Shown here in pieces: positions 1 to 12,453 of a stretch of 64,000 bases of DNA (position 1 is its first letter; each line of letters begins with the position of its first letter). The notes beneath the pieces are model-generated. The model did not search any database, was not told the origin of the DNA, and worked only from the letters and a program-made list of their open reading frames with translations. The position numbers and the translations under genes are program-made. Source of the stretch: Podospora anserina (Eukaryota). The stretch is from NCBI GenBank assembly GCA_017654855.1, contig CM030334.1:3782001-3846000 (forward strand), in the 5' to 3' direction.

Positions 1-869
1 GAAGAAGGGCCATTGGTGTCGAATCCTATCCTCAGGAGCCGGTACTCCGTGTGGGTGGTGAACCGCAATTGGAGATGTGAGGTGAGCAGTGGGGGGTGGA
101 ATGGGCTCAACGTCAAAGCTGCGGTTCAAGGTGTCACCCTGCAGTGACCCACTGGTGCCTGCACGCCACATCCAACGCTAAGCCAGAACAAGCACAATCC
201 CTAAAGTCCCTGGAATTCATTGGCTCTGCCCCACGCCAATGGAACAGCAATTGACTTTGACTTTCATCCTTCCTGCCCGCCATTGCTTCTTCTTGCAACA
301 AATCCTTTATTTTTTTGTTGTTGTTTTTTGCTACTTCTCTGTAAATCCCCGTTGCCCTCGGACAATCTCTTCTCCTTTTTCCTCTGACTCATTGTTGCAT
401 CACGGCTGGTCCTGTCTCTCGCTGATCTCGAATACCTCATCGATTGGCCGCTCCGTCGTTCCTCGTTCCTCGTTCCCCGTCTTGCGTCCTTCGTGCCACC
501 GCCATTGTTTCCTAGCCATCGCGACTTGCTCATTCCTCAAAGTTCCGAGACACAGTCGCACCAATCTCACTTTTCCTCATGACTTGAAGGCTTCTTGGGG
601 GTCCAACGGCCGCGATTGCCACCCCTTTGCAAAGAGGTCAGGGGATTCGATAAAGCCTGGTTCTGGTTGTGACGTTGGAAACAGAACACATACCGGCATC
701 ATCCTGGGGACTACTTACCCCTTCCTTTATATCGAACTGACTGGTCACCTTTGTGAGGTACGAAACGCGAGGGCTTCGGCCGTTTGTCGCCCCTCGCACC
801 CAGCTGACATCGGCAATCGACCCACCCCAGCCCTGGTACCCAAAACAGCTTCGTTTGTGTCTGCCCAAC

Positions 870-3692
870 ATGAATGGCCATGGCACACAAGGCCACTTGG
901 ATGATCCAGCTCGGGTCCCTTCTTCTCCTCGTCCCAAGGCAGGCTCCCGAACCAGCTCCAGTTCCTCTTCAACAGCGCAAACAACTTCCACACACTCTCA
1001 CCGATACCACCATAGCCGTTGCGGCGAACGAGCAAAATCGCACTTGTCGCGAGAGCTTTCCGACGGCACGAGTCTTGCCGTAACTCCAATGTCTGCCTTG
1101 TTGCAAGAGAGATTGGAGCGCGAGCGGAGGGTTGAGAGCGAGCGCGCGTCAAGTAGGACAAGCAATGATCTCTTTCGTTCTACCGTCGACAACCGAGCGA
1201 TCCGCAGCCCGTCCCCCGCAGACAGTCGTCCAATCTCGAGCCAAAGCTCAGATTCGGCTAGGAAGAAGGGCCTGGGAGTCAAGGAGATGGAACAGACTCT
1301 TTCGAATCTCCACAAGCAGAACTTTGACCTGAAGCTTGAGCTTTACCATCGGCGGGAAAGGCAGACGGTGTTGGAGGAGAGCTTGGAAAGGTTGGAGCTC
1401 CAAAAGGCCGAGACGGACAAGATGAATGACAGGCTTGTTCACGAGCTGGAGAAAAGGGACAAGGCAGTTGAAGAAGCTGTCAGCATGATTGTGGTTTTGG
1501 AAGCCCGGGTTGAGCAGTTGCTCAGGGAGCGAGAGATGGTCCGCCAAGTCGAGGTCCAAGGATTGCCAGGCGCGGAGGCAACATCAAAACACAAGGTCCT
1601 TCTGCCATCTGGGTCCGACGAGGTTAAGACCCTCAATCGAATGCCCAGTTTTGTCTCTGAGCACAGTGAGAGCACCGAAAACCTTCGAAATGTGTATCTG
1701 GGGGCCCGTGGCAACGTGTCCAGTCTCCCAACCATGCCCGAAGCCACCCCTGAGACAATCCGTGGGAGTTTCAGACTTGACAGTCCAACGTTGAGCATTT
1801 TGAGTGAAAGTTCTTTTGTGAGCGTATATGGTCGGACCAAGTCTCCAGACGCACCATCGCCTAAGGAAGAGAGTCCTTCACTCATGGACACGTCTTGCAT
1901 GCAGCGCATGCTTGCTCTGGAATCACCAACCAGAGTCAGAAGTGCCACCCCCAAGAACCGTCCCAGCACAGCCCGCGCCATCTCGAATGAATATACGCAT
2001 TTCCACACCATTACCGACGTGATCGGGGCCGGAAGTTCGCCTCTTCGTCAGCTGGAGAAGGTGGAAGTCAAACGTCGAGCCCTCCAGGATGCCGCCAGAG
2101 CACAAACCACAGCCAACGACTTCTCCCCCTTTCTTCGCCCACCATCCTCCATGACTAAGCGTAAAACGAAACAGGAAAAGAGGGAGGCTCTGGAAAAGGT
2201 TCTCACGCACGGAAGTTTGACAAGCGAACGCGGGCTTCCTCCAACGCCTGATACCATTTCCACCACAACACTGCGGCTGTACAAAAACTCCAATGACACC
2301 CTATCCCACGAGCCAAACCTGACAAATGAGCAGAGCTATCTGGCACTGTCGGAAACAACGGCCTCGCACCATTCAGTGCCTGACGAGCACGGCACCAGTC
2401 TGGAACCTCGCACACAGACGACGCATACGCAGCCAGCATCAACGACGGCATTTGACAGCCGCAAACTAGCCGGCAAAAATGAAGATATGGACCAGCTCCA
2501 ACGACCCCAATCAACGAGAGATGCTTTGCGTCAATACAAGGGTGCAGATGACGCTGAATCGACCACGTCGAGTGTTGACACTTGGCTCCGAGAGGGCATG
2601 AAGCCACCACGAAAGGCCCCGCTTGATCCCATGAGTTCTGTTTCGCAGGCCCATCCAAACTACAGGGCAGATCGCGCTTCACCAGATCTGTTCTCCTTCC
2701 CATCTTCTACCAAGGGCTGGGCGACCAACGTCATGTTTGGTTCGCTGCAAGGTGCAGGATATATGGGGGCTGGCGGGAACGGTTTGCCGCACCCGCCAAT
2801 GGCTGACACTCTCGATGCAATTAGCAAGTCATTGACCAAACCTGTCTTTAGTTCGGGGGTATTGACACCGACGCTGGACTCGCTCAACTCTGCGCCTCCG
2901 CCGCCGAATCGCAGGTCAAGTCTACAGGCCAAGACGGGGGCCGACCTCTCGGGAGCCGCATCAGCCTCCCCTGCGCGACCATCCCCATCGTCAAAGATAA
3001 AGATGAGTGTTGGAAAGGGAAGTAGAGCAAGAAGCAACAGTATAGATATCAGGCCCCCGTCTCGCCAGCTCGCAGATATGGCTCAAAGTCGAGCAATGAC
3101 AGTGCCACCGAAACAGGCTCATCAACCTCCGCCTCCACCCCGAAAGGTTTCGCAGAGTCATCCGGACACACAGGGCACACCATCACAGTCCGTATCAAAG
3201 CAACACCATTACCCTCCAACCGCAAGCCAGGCCCCCGCTGCTGCCACCCCTGCTCGGCCTAGATCGCGCGGACTGAATCACTTCTTCCGTCGCTCCACCG
3301 GCTCGGCCGACCCACCCGTTGCGACACCATTCGCCGCACCGGCTGCAGACACGACCTCAAAAGACGAACGGCCACTGATCGGAATACCTTCTTGGGGACG
3401 ACGCGCCTCGCTCGTTGATGACGATCGGGCTAATTCCAGTGCCACGCCACCGCCTATCTTGAGGAGTAAGGCTCCAGAAAGAAAGGTTGAATTTGACGAT
3501 GATGGGGGAGGGGTTGAACTAGAATTACAGGGCAATGAAGGCGCGCCGGTGGGACATGTGCACGACAGCGGGGGGGCAGCCGTAGAACGGGGTGGAGGAG
3601 CGCCGATTGCCAGTGGGGGAGCGCCTGTCGTAGGTGGTGGGAAGCGGAAATGGCTTAACCTAGCGAGAGTTGGGAGCCTGAGGAACCGTTGA
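870..3692 (+). CDS. Centrosomin motif 1 (CM1/Cnn_1N) domain protein, Mto1/ApsB-like MTOC-associated coiled-coil protein
   Basis: Intronless ORF, first ATG at 870. It contains LGVKEMEQTLSNLHKQNFDLKLELYHRRERQ, matching the CM1 pattern (L.KENFdLKL.i), followed by a coiled coil and a long S/P-rich disordered region. Confidence 0.75.
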   Translation: MNGHGTQGHLDDPARVPSSPRPKAGSRTSSSSSSTAQTTSTHSHRYHHSRCGERAKSHLSRELSDGTSLAVTPMSALLQERLERERRVESERASSRTSNDLFRSTVDNRAIRSPSPADSRPISSQSSDSARKKGLGVKEMEQTLSNLHKQNFDLKLELYHRRERQTVLEESLERLELQKAETDKMNDRLVHELEKRDKAVEEAVSMIVVLEARVEQLLREREMVRQVEVQGLPGAEATSKHKVLLPSGSDEVKTLNRMPSFVSEHSESTENLRNVYLGARGNVSSLPTMPEATPETIRGSFRLDSPTLSILSESSFVSVYGRTKSPDAPSPKEESPSLMDTSCMQRMLALESPTRVRSATPKNRPSTARAISNEYTHFHTITDVIGAGSSPLRQLEKVEVKRRALQDAARAQTTANDFSPFLRPPSSMTKRKTKQEKREALEKVLTHGSLTSERGLPPTPDTISTTTLRLYKNSNDTLSHEPNLTNEQSYLALSETTASHHSVPDEHGTSLEPRTQTTHTQPASTTAFDSRKLAGKNEDMDQLQRPQSTRDALRQYKGADDAESTTSSVDTWLREGMKPPRKAPLDPMSSVSQAHPNYRADRASPDLFSFPSSTKGWATNVMFGSLQGAGYMGAGGNGLPHPPMADTLDAISKSLTKPVFSSGVLTPTLDSLNSAPPPPNRRSSLQAKTGADLSGAASASPARPSPSSKIKMSVGKGSRARSNSIDIRPPSRQLADMAQSRAMTVPPKQAHQPPPPPRKVSQSHPDTQGTPSQSVSKQHHYPPTASQAPAAATPARPRSRGLNHFFRRSTGSADPPVATPFAAPAADTTSKDERPLIGIPSWGRRASLVDDDRANSSATPPPILRSKAPERKVEFDDDGGGVELELQGNEGAPVGHVHDSGGAAVERGGGAPIASGGAPVVGGGKRKWLNLARVGSLRNR

Positions 3693-4011
3693 AGCTGGTG
3701 ACAGTTGCGAGGAGGGCGGGTGTTGACGAGTGAATAACAAAGGGGAAAAGGCATTGCGTTGTGCGCATCCTGAGCAGGCGTATCTTCGCTTTGAAGTCAA
3801 ACATAGGTTTTTTTGGTATGGTTTATCTGATATCGATGGACGGATGAATATGTTTATTGGTGGGGGAGTGTTACTGTTTCGAGGCTCGGATTCAAGGCCG
3901 TGTGGGTTCAAGTTATTAGCATGATGAATGATGGAAAGACTGAATGAAGAAAAAGATGAAGGTGGCATACCGGCGAGATGGTAGATAGAAGCGGATCGAC
4001 ATGTATGATAC

Positions 4012-4925
4012 CTACCTAACATTGAATTTTGGGATGAGATACCAACGTACACTGTAGGAGAACTCGAAGGATTGGACCCAGCGTGCATCGTCGTGTTCGA
4101 GGCCTTGAATGACCCGGGCATTGACGAGGCAATGGGTGGAGAAGGACTGGTGTTCGGTATCTCTCTTCGGGACAGTGTGTGTAAAAACGGTGTCTGCTGC
4201 TGCCCAGACAATTATGTTATATTGGTGCTTGTTGAGCAACGGGAACACGAGAGTTGCTATTTAGGTAGGGTACCAACCTTTAGTTTAAAACTGGGTTTTT
4301 AATTATAGATCCGAGCTTCTATAGGCCTTTATCCGAACCGTAAGACTTCCTATCCTAGCTTTAGCCGAGCTTTAAAGCGTTCCATCCTAACTTTAGCTAA
4401 ACTAGAAAGTTTCTCAACTTAATTTTATTCGAAACTATAAGTGTTTTTTATTTCGACGTATTTATAATTTCTCTGGGATAGAGCATATAATTAGGTAAAT
4501 ATAGAATACCTAACGATATATTATATACAGAAAAGGCCGGTTTAACGGGCGAAACTTTATATGTTTAAGTTTCAAAGTCCAAAAATATAAGATCACCGTT
4601 ATGGTTTTATACATCGTCGAGGCAGTGCCACCCGAAGCGGCTTTGGGAGGCTCATCACCAGTCATGCAGGTCTGCGAGATCTGGCCACCAGCTTCGTTAA
4701 AAGTATAGGAGGGTCCCTCTGATGAGATGGCCGTAACTTCTTTAGGGAGATGCATAGGGCTGCATCGAAAAATAGTCAAAACACCCTTGAACCAACCCTT
4801 CTTTCGTGCAAAGCTAGGCTGGCTACCTTGTGATAAACAGGCTGCTGGTCTTGCTCAGGCAGTGTTTTTGGGGTTGCTCAACGCCCCTCGGCCTTCCATT
4901 TTCGGTACGCCTGAGCTTCTCATCA
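4012..4925 (-). pseudogene. Degenerate gene relic with a RIP-like AT/TpA-rich core (~4255-4620)
   Basis: Minus-strand coding-like fragments (4510-4779, 4012-4248) are broken by stops. The core is sharply enriched in TA dinucleotides and holds a decayed heptad repeat (..RMERFKAR..ARIGSLTVRIKA..EARI) plus an intron-like GTATTC..CTAAT..CCCAG stretch. Confidence 0.45.
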
Positions 4926-5071
4926 CTGTGCCATAAGTATGAGGGGATGCAAATGAAACAAATGATATGACACCAAAAAGCAACAGTTATGGTGGTGACT
5001 GCTCCTTCGGGCGATTGCCCATAACGCCTGCCAATGCATATATTAATCCTACAGCGTCCGCGCTGGTGTCA

Positions 5072-6367
5072 TCAACCCATCAACTCTACTCCATTCCTTA
5101 CTGCCCCAACGACAGCACCAGTCTGTATGACCTCCGAGGCGCCGCCTGCTACCCGATGCTCCACCTGGGCAAGTAGGTCAAGCCAGGTGATCATAACTTC
5201 TGGCTTTACCTCCAACTTGACCAGCTCCTCCGACAACGCAGTGATGATATCCGCCAACGCCAACCCTTGTGTGACCTTGACGCTGTTGACGGCCGCCAAG
5301 CAGGCCGTCACATCGCTCGTGCTGAGCAGCGTGTTCATGATCTTCTTGATGACATCCGGTGGTGGCGCGGCGACGCACATGTAGATTGTGTCGACCGTGA
5401 TGCTTTCGCGGACGATCTGGTCTTCGGGGATTTTGGGGGCGTCTTTTGGTTGGAGGGGTGTACCTTAGCAGCATCTGTTAGTAACAAGGAAAGACTGAAG
5501 GGCGGAGAGAAAAGGGAACATACTTGACGCATGGCAAGCCTGCAACACGTTCAGCGCTCGTCTCATATCACCTTTGCTGAGCTTCACTAGCGCGTCGGCC
5601 GCTTCAGGCTTGATCTTGATGTGCTCCTCGTCGATAACCTTGTCTACCAGCACCCTGATGTCCCGCTCCTTCAAGGGACTGAACCGAAATCTTGTACACC
5701 GAGACAGCAGCGCCGGGCTAAGCTTGTGGGAGTAGTTGGCAATAATGCAGAACCGGGTGTTGACAGTGTACTTCTCCATGATTCGTCTCAGTGCCATCTG
5801 GGCTGTGCTCGTCATGGCGTCGGCCTCGTCAAGAATGATCAGCTTGAAACCGGCAAGTCCTGTCTTGGAGGTCGATGCTCCAAGACTAAAGATCTGTTTC
5901 GTTGAGGCAAAGGTCTTGATCTGCTCGCGGACCACATCGATACCTCTGTCGTCGGAGGCGTTGAGCTCGAGGACCATCTGGCGCATGTTCTCGGCACCAT
6001 AGATTCGTCGGGCCAGGGCGAGGATGGTGGATGTTTTTCCGGTGCCGGGTGGACCATAGAGAAGGAGATGTGGAAGGCGGTTCGAGTCGACGAACTTGTT
6101 GATGGTAGCGAGGATGTCTTGGTGGCCAGAGACGTCGTCGAGGGAGACTGGGCGATACTTTTCGACCCTGTTTTGATCTTGTCAGAGCTCTGAAACGGGC
6201 TGAATAGAGTAGAAGAAGAAACAATTCTCGTACCATGGAAGGCTGTCTTCGGCTTCAACTGGGAGATTGGCGGCACTGCGCTTGCCCTTGGCTGCATTGC
6301 TGGAGGAAAAGGTGACGTCTTTGGAGACGGGGAGATCAATGTCCATCTCATCTTCGAAGTCGGACAT
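5072..6367 (-). CDS. RFC3: Replication factor C small subunit (yeast Rfc3 / human RFC5)
   Basis: Exons 6367-6234, 6167-5524 and 5463-5072. Motifs [17 protein letters not shown] (Walker A), [17 protein letters not shown] and SRC. Confidence 0.95.
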
Positions 6368-6487
6368 TTTGAGAGTCTTTTCGGGCGAGACTTTCTTTAC
6401 AGGTCGTCGTGGTGAAATGTGGCGAGTTGAGAGAGTTGGTCTGGACTGCGACGGTTCAATTGCTAGAGTTGGTGATGTTCAAGGCTG

Positions 6488-6541
6488 CAGCGCGGGAGAA
6501 CGCGGTCGACGCGTCTTTCCTTAATTGGCTGCTTGGCGCGA
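6488..6541. promoter_or_regulatory. MCB-like (ACGCGT/CGCG) cell-cycle elements upstream of RFC3
   Basis: Perfect ACGCGT at 6509-6514 plus three further CGCG cores, ~120-175 bp upstream of the ATG of a DNA-replication gene. Confidence 0.55.
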
Positions 6542-7757
6542 GTCTCCTCAGTAGCTTGGGTGGGGTGTGGCTTAACAAGCCACATAGCTCCAGTTACCCA
6601 ACTAAATGCCCCCACCTTCCTGAGGCTTAACGCCGCACCGTTGAACACCGTCCCACACGTTTAACGACCGCTCGAGATCTTGTGGTTTTGTGACGTCCCA
6701 CAGCTATCAATAAGCATCATTTCACATGCTCACGATATCATGACAACTCTGGCTCCTGGTTATACAACAGATTCCACGCTTACGATTCTCGGCTACCAGC
6801 CCACCCTCGGATGCCACGGGTTGGCAACTCGCTAAAACCCTGTGCATCTCAAAGTAACTCTGTAGATTCCATGCAGTTTCACCGTCTTTCGCCATTTTTC
6901 CCATTTTACGCAACCGCGCGGGCGTGGTACACATGAAGACTCTTGTTCCCATTCGGACTTCGGAATCCTGTCATCCCGCACCGCATATTGAGGTTTCCAG
7001 TTTGCGAGGCTCGGGGTTAAGCCAGCCAGTCAGATCCCGGAGCTCACACTGACACATGTTCCCTGGCAGCTCATGATGCGAAGATGATAGAAGATGCTGT
7101 GCCACAGTTATATATCGGAGCTAAGTATACCTATGAACTCCGCCGCGGGCGGTGGACTATCATGTCCTGGTGAGGAAAGAGGTGCCGCAAATGTAGGTAA
7201 ACAAACATTACGAGGCTCGATGGGCATCCAATGTAGAAGGCGAGGCAGGCCTTGAGGAACTTGCAGAGGCTCATTCACCATCTTTCTGGCATGTCAACTT
7301 GGGTCTCATCACTGCTATGGTTCCTGTTCCGGCTCGGCAATCATGCCATGCCCGTGTGCGAATCCAACAGGGCTGTATGTGCCCAGCGTGGTCGCCTCCT
7401 TGTCGTTGCAATGCTGCGGGATGTACCGCTGATCCCAGAGCGAGCTCGGTCCACGTTACAACACAATTTGTAGCGTTTGTCAGCCCAACGGATCGTGTTG
7501 GTTGCAAGATTGCAACGGCGAGCTACCCGGAGGGTCTTTCCTGGCGGCTCTCATTGGTAGCCTTTTTCCGATCACTATTGTTGGAAGTTGATCCCCTCCC
7601 TGTTCAGGATGTATATCTGGGGATATGTAGAGGTAACCCGATGGATATAAATCCTCTTTGGTGTCGCCTTCGGGTTCAATCCACTTCTTCCCACCTCGCC
7701 ATTCACTCCCTGCTCTCAACTCAAACAAGCTACATCTTGCTTGATCAAACCACCAAC

Positions 7758-9170
7758 ATGGGAGACGCCCGAGATCTCACCAGCCCCAGCGGCCACCCCC
7801 CTCTCACCTCCCCTGAGAAGCCCGTCCTTCTCTTCATGACCCTAAACGCCTCAGGCCATACCGCCGGCGCGGCCCAGATAGCAAAGCACCTCCACTTTAA
7901 CCGCGGCTACAAAGACATCTACTTCATCACCGGGCCCCGCTTCCAACCCCTCATCGAAAGTACCGGTGCAAAATACATCAAAAACCCCTTCGAGTACGAC
8001 GTCCCCAAAGTCCAAGAAGGCTCCACCGAAGGCGAGGCCTTTTTCGAAGGAATGAAAGCCGTGTTTGGGGAGTCCATCGTCCCGTCGTATCACGTTCTGA
8101 GGAAGACACTCGAGGACATCCGCGTCGCTCATCCTGAGCCACGGAAGATTCTGTTCGTCCACGAGGCGTTGTCTCAGGGTTTGCTGCCGTATCAATACGG
8201 CTGCCCCTTACCCAAGGGTTACACCTCCCTCCCCAAGACCATAAACTGGCACACGAGCATCTACACCAGCTCTGACCCCGATTTTCCTCCCTTTGGTCTT
8301 GGTCTGAAGTACGACCCCACCCCTGAAAACAAGGCAGTCTGGAAGACCATGCACGCAGGAGGCAAGACAATGTGGAAGCCACTGATTGAGCACTACGATC
8401 AAAAACTCCAAGAGCTGGGGTCCACCAAAAGGTTCACCGACCTGCCGCTTGATGTGGCCATGACCGGCGGGGACGTCACCGTCATGGCCACCACCGCCTC
8501 GCTCGAATACCCAAACGTGACCAAGGACCCCAAAAAATTCCGTCTTGTCGGTGGGCTGCCCGTCAGGGCGCTGGACAAGAACCTCGTCTACCCCCCTTGG
8601 TGGGAGGAACTCACGCTCAACAGCGCCCTTTCCGACTCCGACCCGGCAAAGAAAAAGGTCGTCTTCGTCACCCAGGGTACCGTCCACCGCGCCTACCACG
8701 AGCTGATGATCCCGGTCATTCAGGCAATGGCTGACAGGGAGGATGTCTTGGTGGTTGCTACCCTGGGAGAAAAGGGGGAGCCGAATCCCCTACCAGAAGA
8801 GGAAACACCCAGGAATGTCAGAATGGTGGATTACTTCCCTTATGAGGCCATCCTTCCCCATGTAGATGTCTTTGTCTCCAACGCTGGTTACGGCGGGTTC
8901 ATGCACGGGATCATGAACGGGGTGCCGATGGTGCTGGCGGGGTTGATCGCCGACAAGGGGGACGTTTGCCAGCGGGCGGCGAGGGCGGGGGTGGCGGTTA
9001 ATTTGGGGGTGTCCAACCCGTCGGTGGAGCAAGTCAAGGAGGGTATTGACACGGTGTTGGGGGATGAAAAGTATAGACAGAGAGTGAAGGAGATTGAAGA
9101 GGAGAACGTCAAGGCGGATTCCCTGGGGCAGATTGAAAGTATTATTGAGGAGCTGCTGAGCCATGAGTAA
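7758..9170 (+). CDS. UDP-glycosyltransferase (GT1 family)
   Basis: N-terminal ASGH motif, VFVTQGT, and a C-terminal PSPG-like box (YFPYEAILPHVDVFVSNAGYGGFMHGIMNGVPMVLAG..DK). ATG at 7758 in a good context (CCAACATGG). Confidence 0.9.
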   Translation: MGDARDLTSPSGHPPLTSPEKPVLLFMTLNASGHTAGAAQIAKHLHFNRGYKDIYFITGPRFQPLIESTGAKYIKNPFEYDVPKVQEGSTEGEAFFEGMKAVFGESIVPSYHVLRKTLEDIRVAHPEPRKILFVHEALSQGLLPYQYGCPLPKGYTSLPKTINWHTSIYTSSDPDFPPFGLGLKYDPTPENKAVWKTMHAGGKTMWKPLIEHYDQKLQELGSTKRFTDLPLDVAMTGGDVTVMATTASLEYPNVTKDPKKFRLVGGLPVRALDKNLVYPPWWEELTLNSALSDSDPAKKKVVFVTQGTVHRAYHELMIPVIQAMADREDVLVVATLGEKGEPNPLPEEETPRNVRMVDYFPYEAILPHVDVFVSNAGYGGFMHGIMNGVPMVLAGLIADKGDVCQRAARAGVAVNLGVSNPSVEQVKEGIDTVLGDEKYRQRVKEIEEENVKADSLGQIESIIEELLSHE

Positions 9171-9325
9171 ACTGAGCAGCAACAGAGAGTATTAGAAAGA
9201 CAGTTCTTCATTTCCACCATTCCAATAGATTCCAGCTCATATGAGAAAAAATAATCTGCAAAAAGGGGTATCGCAAAGAGAAGTAAAAAAAAGTCCAAAG
9301 TCCAACAACCATCATATCATCATGC

Positions 9326-11018
9326 TCAGTTCCTCAATGGCCAACCCTCCCCATCCCAAGGTCTATTCAAATTCTGTTGCGGCCGAATGATACGCCTCTC
9401 CTCGGCGTTGCCGCCTCCCATTCTTGTATTCTTTAAAAGGAAATCTACTTGTGTAATCCGGTGCTCTTTTCGCTTGATACTCGCCGATTGGTGGAGTGGC
9501 GGTCCAAGTGGTTGTGGCTGTGTCTGGTCGTAATTTGGAAGTTTGGTTTTGCTCTGGCTTTTCTCCTCGATGTCGTAGAAACCCAGAATGTCATCGACAG
9601 TGATGCTATCACCAGTGTCGCCGCTGTGGTCTCTTTTGTGTTGGTCCTTGATATGTGCGTTTGGTGGTCGTGCTATGGCTGCCGCCGTTCTCGAATAGAT
9701 GTGTGGGTAAGAAAGGGGGTGTTGTTCAAGTTCAGGGCTGGCCAGTGTGGAGTCTACCATTGTATGGGATGAGCCTGTTGAGGAAGAGTCTCGGAGGTGG
9801 CCTTGGGTTTCTACTGTGTTATGTGGTGTCAGGCTGGGTGTGGTTTGTTGCTGCTGGGCGAATTCCTGCCGTTGGGGCGATGCCAGCGACTCCAATGTGA
9901 TATGAGAGAGGTGTAGGTTTCGGGGGTCGGGGGTTTCAAAGCCGTTGTGGGATGGATCCGGAAATGGGTCAGGCCTCTTCTTTTGATCGACCATGGTGAA
10001 GCGCGGTAGTTCGGGGTCGCTCTGCTCAGTGTGATGGTGGTTGCCGTAACCGATCGTGCTGATGCCTCGTTGCTTCAGGTAGAGGGGTCGCAGGGTTGGG
10101 ATGCCCAGGCACACCAAGGCGACAGTGATCTCTGCGCCGGCCCAGATGAAATAAGGGGCAAAGTTTACTGGCCAAATGTCAGCTCCCGATCAGGTTGAAC
10201 AACCAGGAAAAAGGCCGCCCACTTACAGGTAAAGTCATCGATTTTTAACCGGGATAGCACCACGGTTCTGACAACACCACAAGCACCAGCACTGCGAGTC
10301 GTTAGCTCATGTCGGCCAACTTGATTGTATCTTTGCTTACATCACACCCAGGCTCATGCCACTGGCCAAAAGGAACTTTTCCCGACGCGGCATCTTCAAG
10401 GACATGATGAAGAGCCAAGGGAAGATGGCGAAGAAGAAATCACAGGCGCTTGACCAACCTGCCTCGGAGTTAGTATGCCGTCATATCCATACTGAGACGG
10501 TCCAACATACCTCCCAACCCAACACTCATGGGTTGAATCTGGATATTCCACTCTCCAGGCGTCCTCAGCACATCCCAACTTGCCTTCCTTGGCGTCGTCT
10601 GGTTCCACAGCATCACCACCAGTGTTACCGATGTGCCGACAGTAACAACAATCAGAAACCAGAGCGCAAGTTTCTGCCACTTCAGCTGCACAACCCGTAA
10701 TAAGAAAAATCCCATGCAGAGCTTGGCGAGTGCGTTTCCCGAGATGGCGAAGCTGTTGGCAACATAGGTCCAGAAGATGGCCCTCGATGACTCGTCCGGA
10801 GAAAGAGTCCAGAAGCTGCGTCCCAACCCAAAATGAACAGCGACTTGAATACACGCAGCAAACACCAGCATGAATATTCCGGTCCATGCGTACATGTGGT
10901 CCTCGATGCCGACAAAGCGAACGATTCGTATGCGGGTGTACAGACGTAGGCCGACGAGTCCAAGAGACAGCGCCGTCATGGCCCACATGGCAATGGCCAG
11001 AGTGTGTCCCGCGTGCAT
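9326..11018 (-). CDS. PTH11-like / fungal rhodopsin-domain integral membrane protein
   Basis: LRLYTR..G.ED, AKLC.GFFLLR, CDFFFAIFPW and WAGAEITVALVCLGIPTLRPL. Three GT-AG introns between ~10512 and ~10168. The start is approximate. Confidence 0.85.
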
Positions 11019-12453
11019 CGTAGAGTCGACATTACTGCATCTGAAAGACTTTTGCCAAAAGGAGAAAAGAAGGATTTCTCAGAAGCACCTAACTCGGGGC
11101 CTGGCCTGGTTTTGAGATGTTGGTAGGTACTGAAAAACAAAATGACGATCAGATGTGATTAATGCCTCTATACTTAACAGGAGATGACATGACACCCCCA
11201 AAATCACAAGAACGATAAAATCCGCTTAATTGACTCGAGTCTGACGAATTGCAGCGGGATGTCATCGATTCGTGGCTGCAAAGAATTGAACCTCCTGGTC
11301 CTTCCTTCCGGATTGGTCAACGGATACGGGCAGTTGGCCAATCAGATGCCAGAAATCCACCACTTACAAGCGCCGCCAACTGCCAAGACCCGACCTCTGA
11401 GATCTCATGGGAGGAAGCTATTTCTTGACCACAAACGTCGGAAGCGCTATCATGTTGCAACATGGGGGCCCCATCAACTTTTTTTATTTATTCTCCAGTT
11501 TAAGTATCGGCAGTGAAATTGAAAATAGGATACACGTACAATCGCGGGGTGGAATGATGTCATATGCTGCAGGTTGAGAACATCTACCCCGAGGTCGGCA
11601 TCATGCTTGTTGCTTGTTGTGAGTCAAACCCGTTCCTTGATCGCGAAAAGTCAGTGCCTGATTCTCGAACACACTCACCAAAACATTCAACAACCCACCT
11701 AGGAAACCTCCATCTCCCCTTGGCATATCTTATCATTTGCCTTACAAACCCCCACCGCCCCCGCCATGCAGCTTGCTCATCAATACAAATATCACACCTC
11801 TGCGATCCTCGCCCTATGCTTATCTGTCGCCCCGCAAAGAAGCATAAATATCGCGCCGCCAGTTGGCCGGTGTGATGTCTTCCACACCCCACGGTCATGT
11901 CTCTGCCTCTTCCCACAACATGAAACACCGACATGTTGAGTCGAAGGAAGAAAGAAAAGTGCGGTAGCAGCCGAGCGGCAAAGAAGGCACCTAAATTCCT
12001 CCCGCCAGCTTCCCGATATTAGGTCTTTGCGGCTGGCTAGGCTGACTACCAGCTTGGCCCACCCAACTACCGGGGGTAATACTCGTCCGATCCGCGTGTG
12101 GTCAAGTAGCAGTCTGATCCTGGACCCCAAAAGAGAACTGCCAGAGATGAGTTGAATGTATTCAAAAGGTTCGACCTGGCATACTTCTTAGTATGCGCCC
12201 CAATACGCGGCGGACCGTGTCTACGTGCCTAGAAAACACGGCACGTCTCGCTTAATGGGCGTGACTTTCAAGAATCCCTCGGCCACAACAACTCTTCCTT
12301 GGATCAACTTCATTCTTGTTCCAATTGCCTTATCTATTTGCCTTATCTATTGTCCCCATATTCTAACAGGGGCCGCCCGCCTAGGTAAGATACCACATGA
12401 TATCCAATATTCCCACCAATAACTCCCCACCCAACCAGCAACACCCGCGGGCC

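Noticed and set aside
7299-7757. N-terminal 153 aa of the glycosyltransferase ORF in the track (likewise 753-869 and 49491-49718)
   Set aside because: These begin at non-ATG starts and look like UTR or promoter sequence; better ATGs lie downstream.
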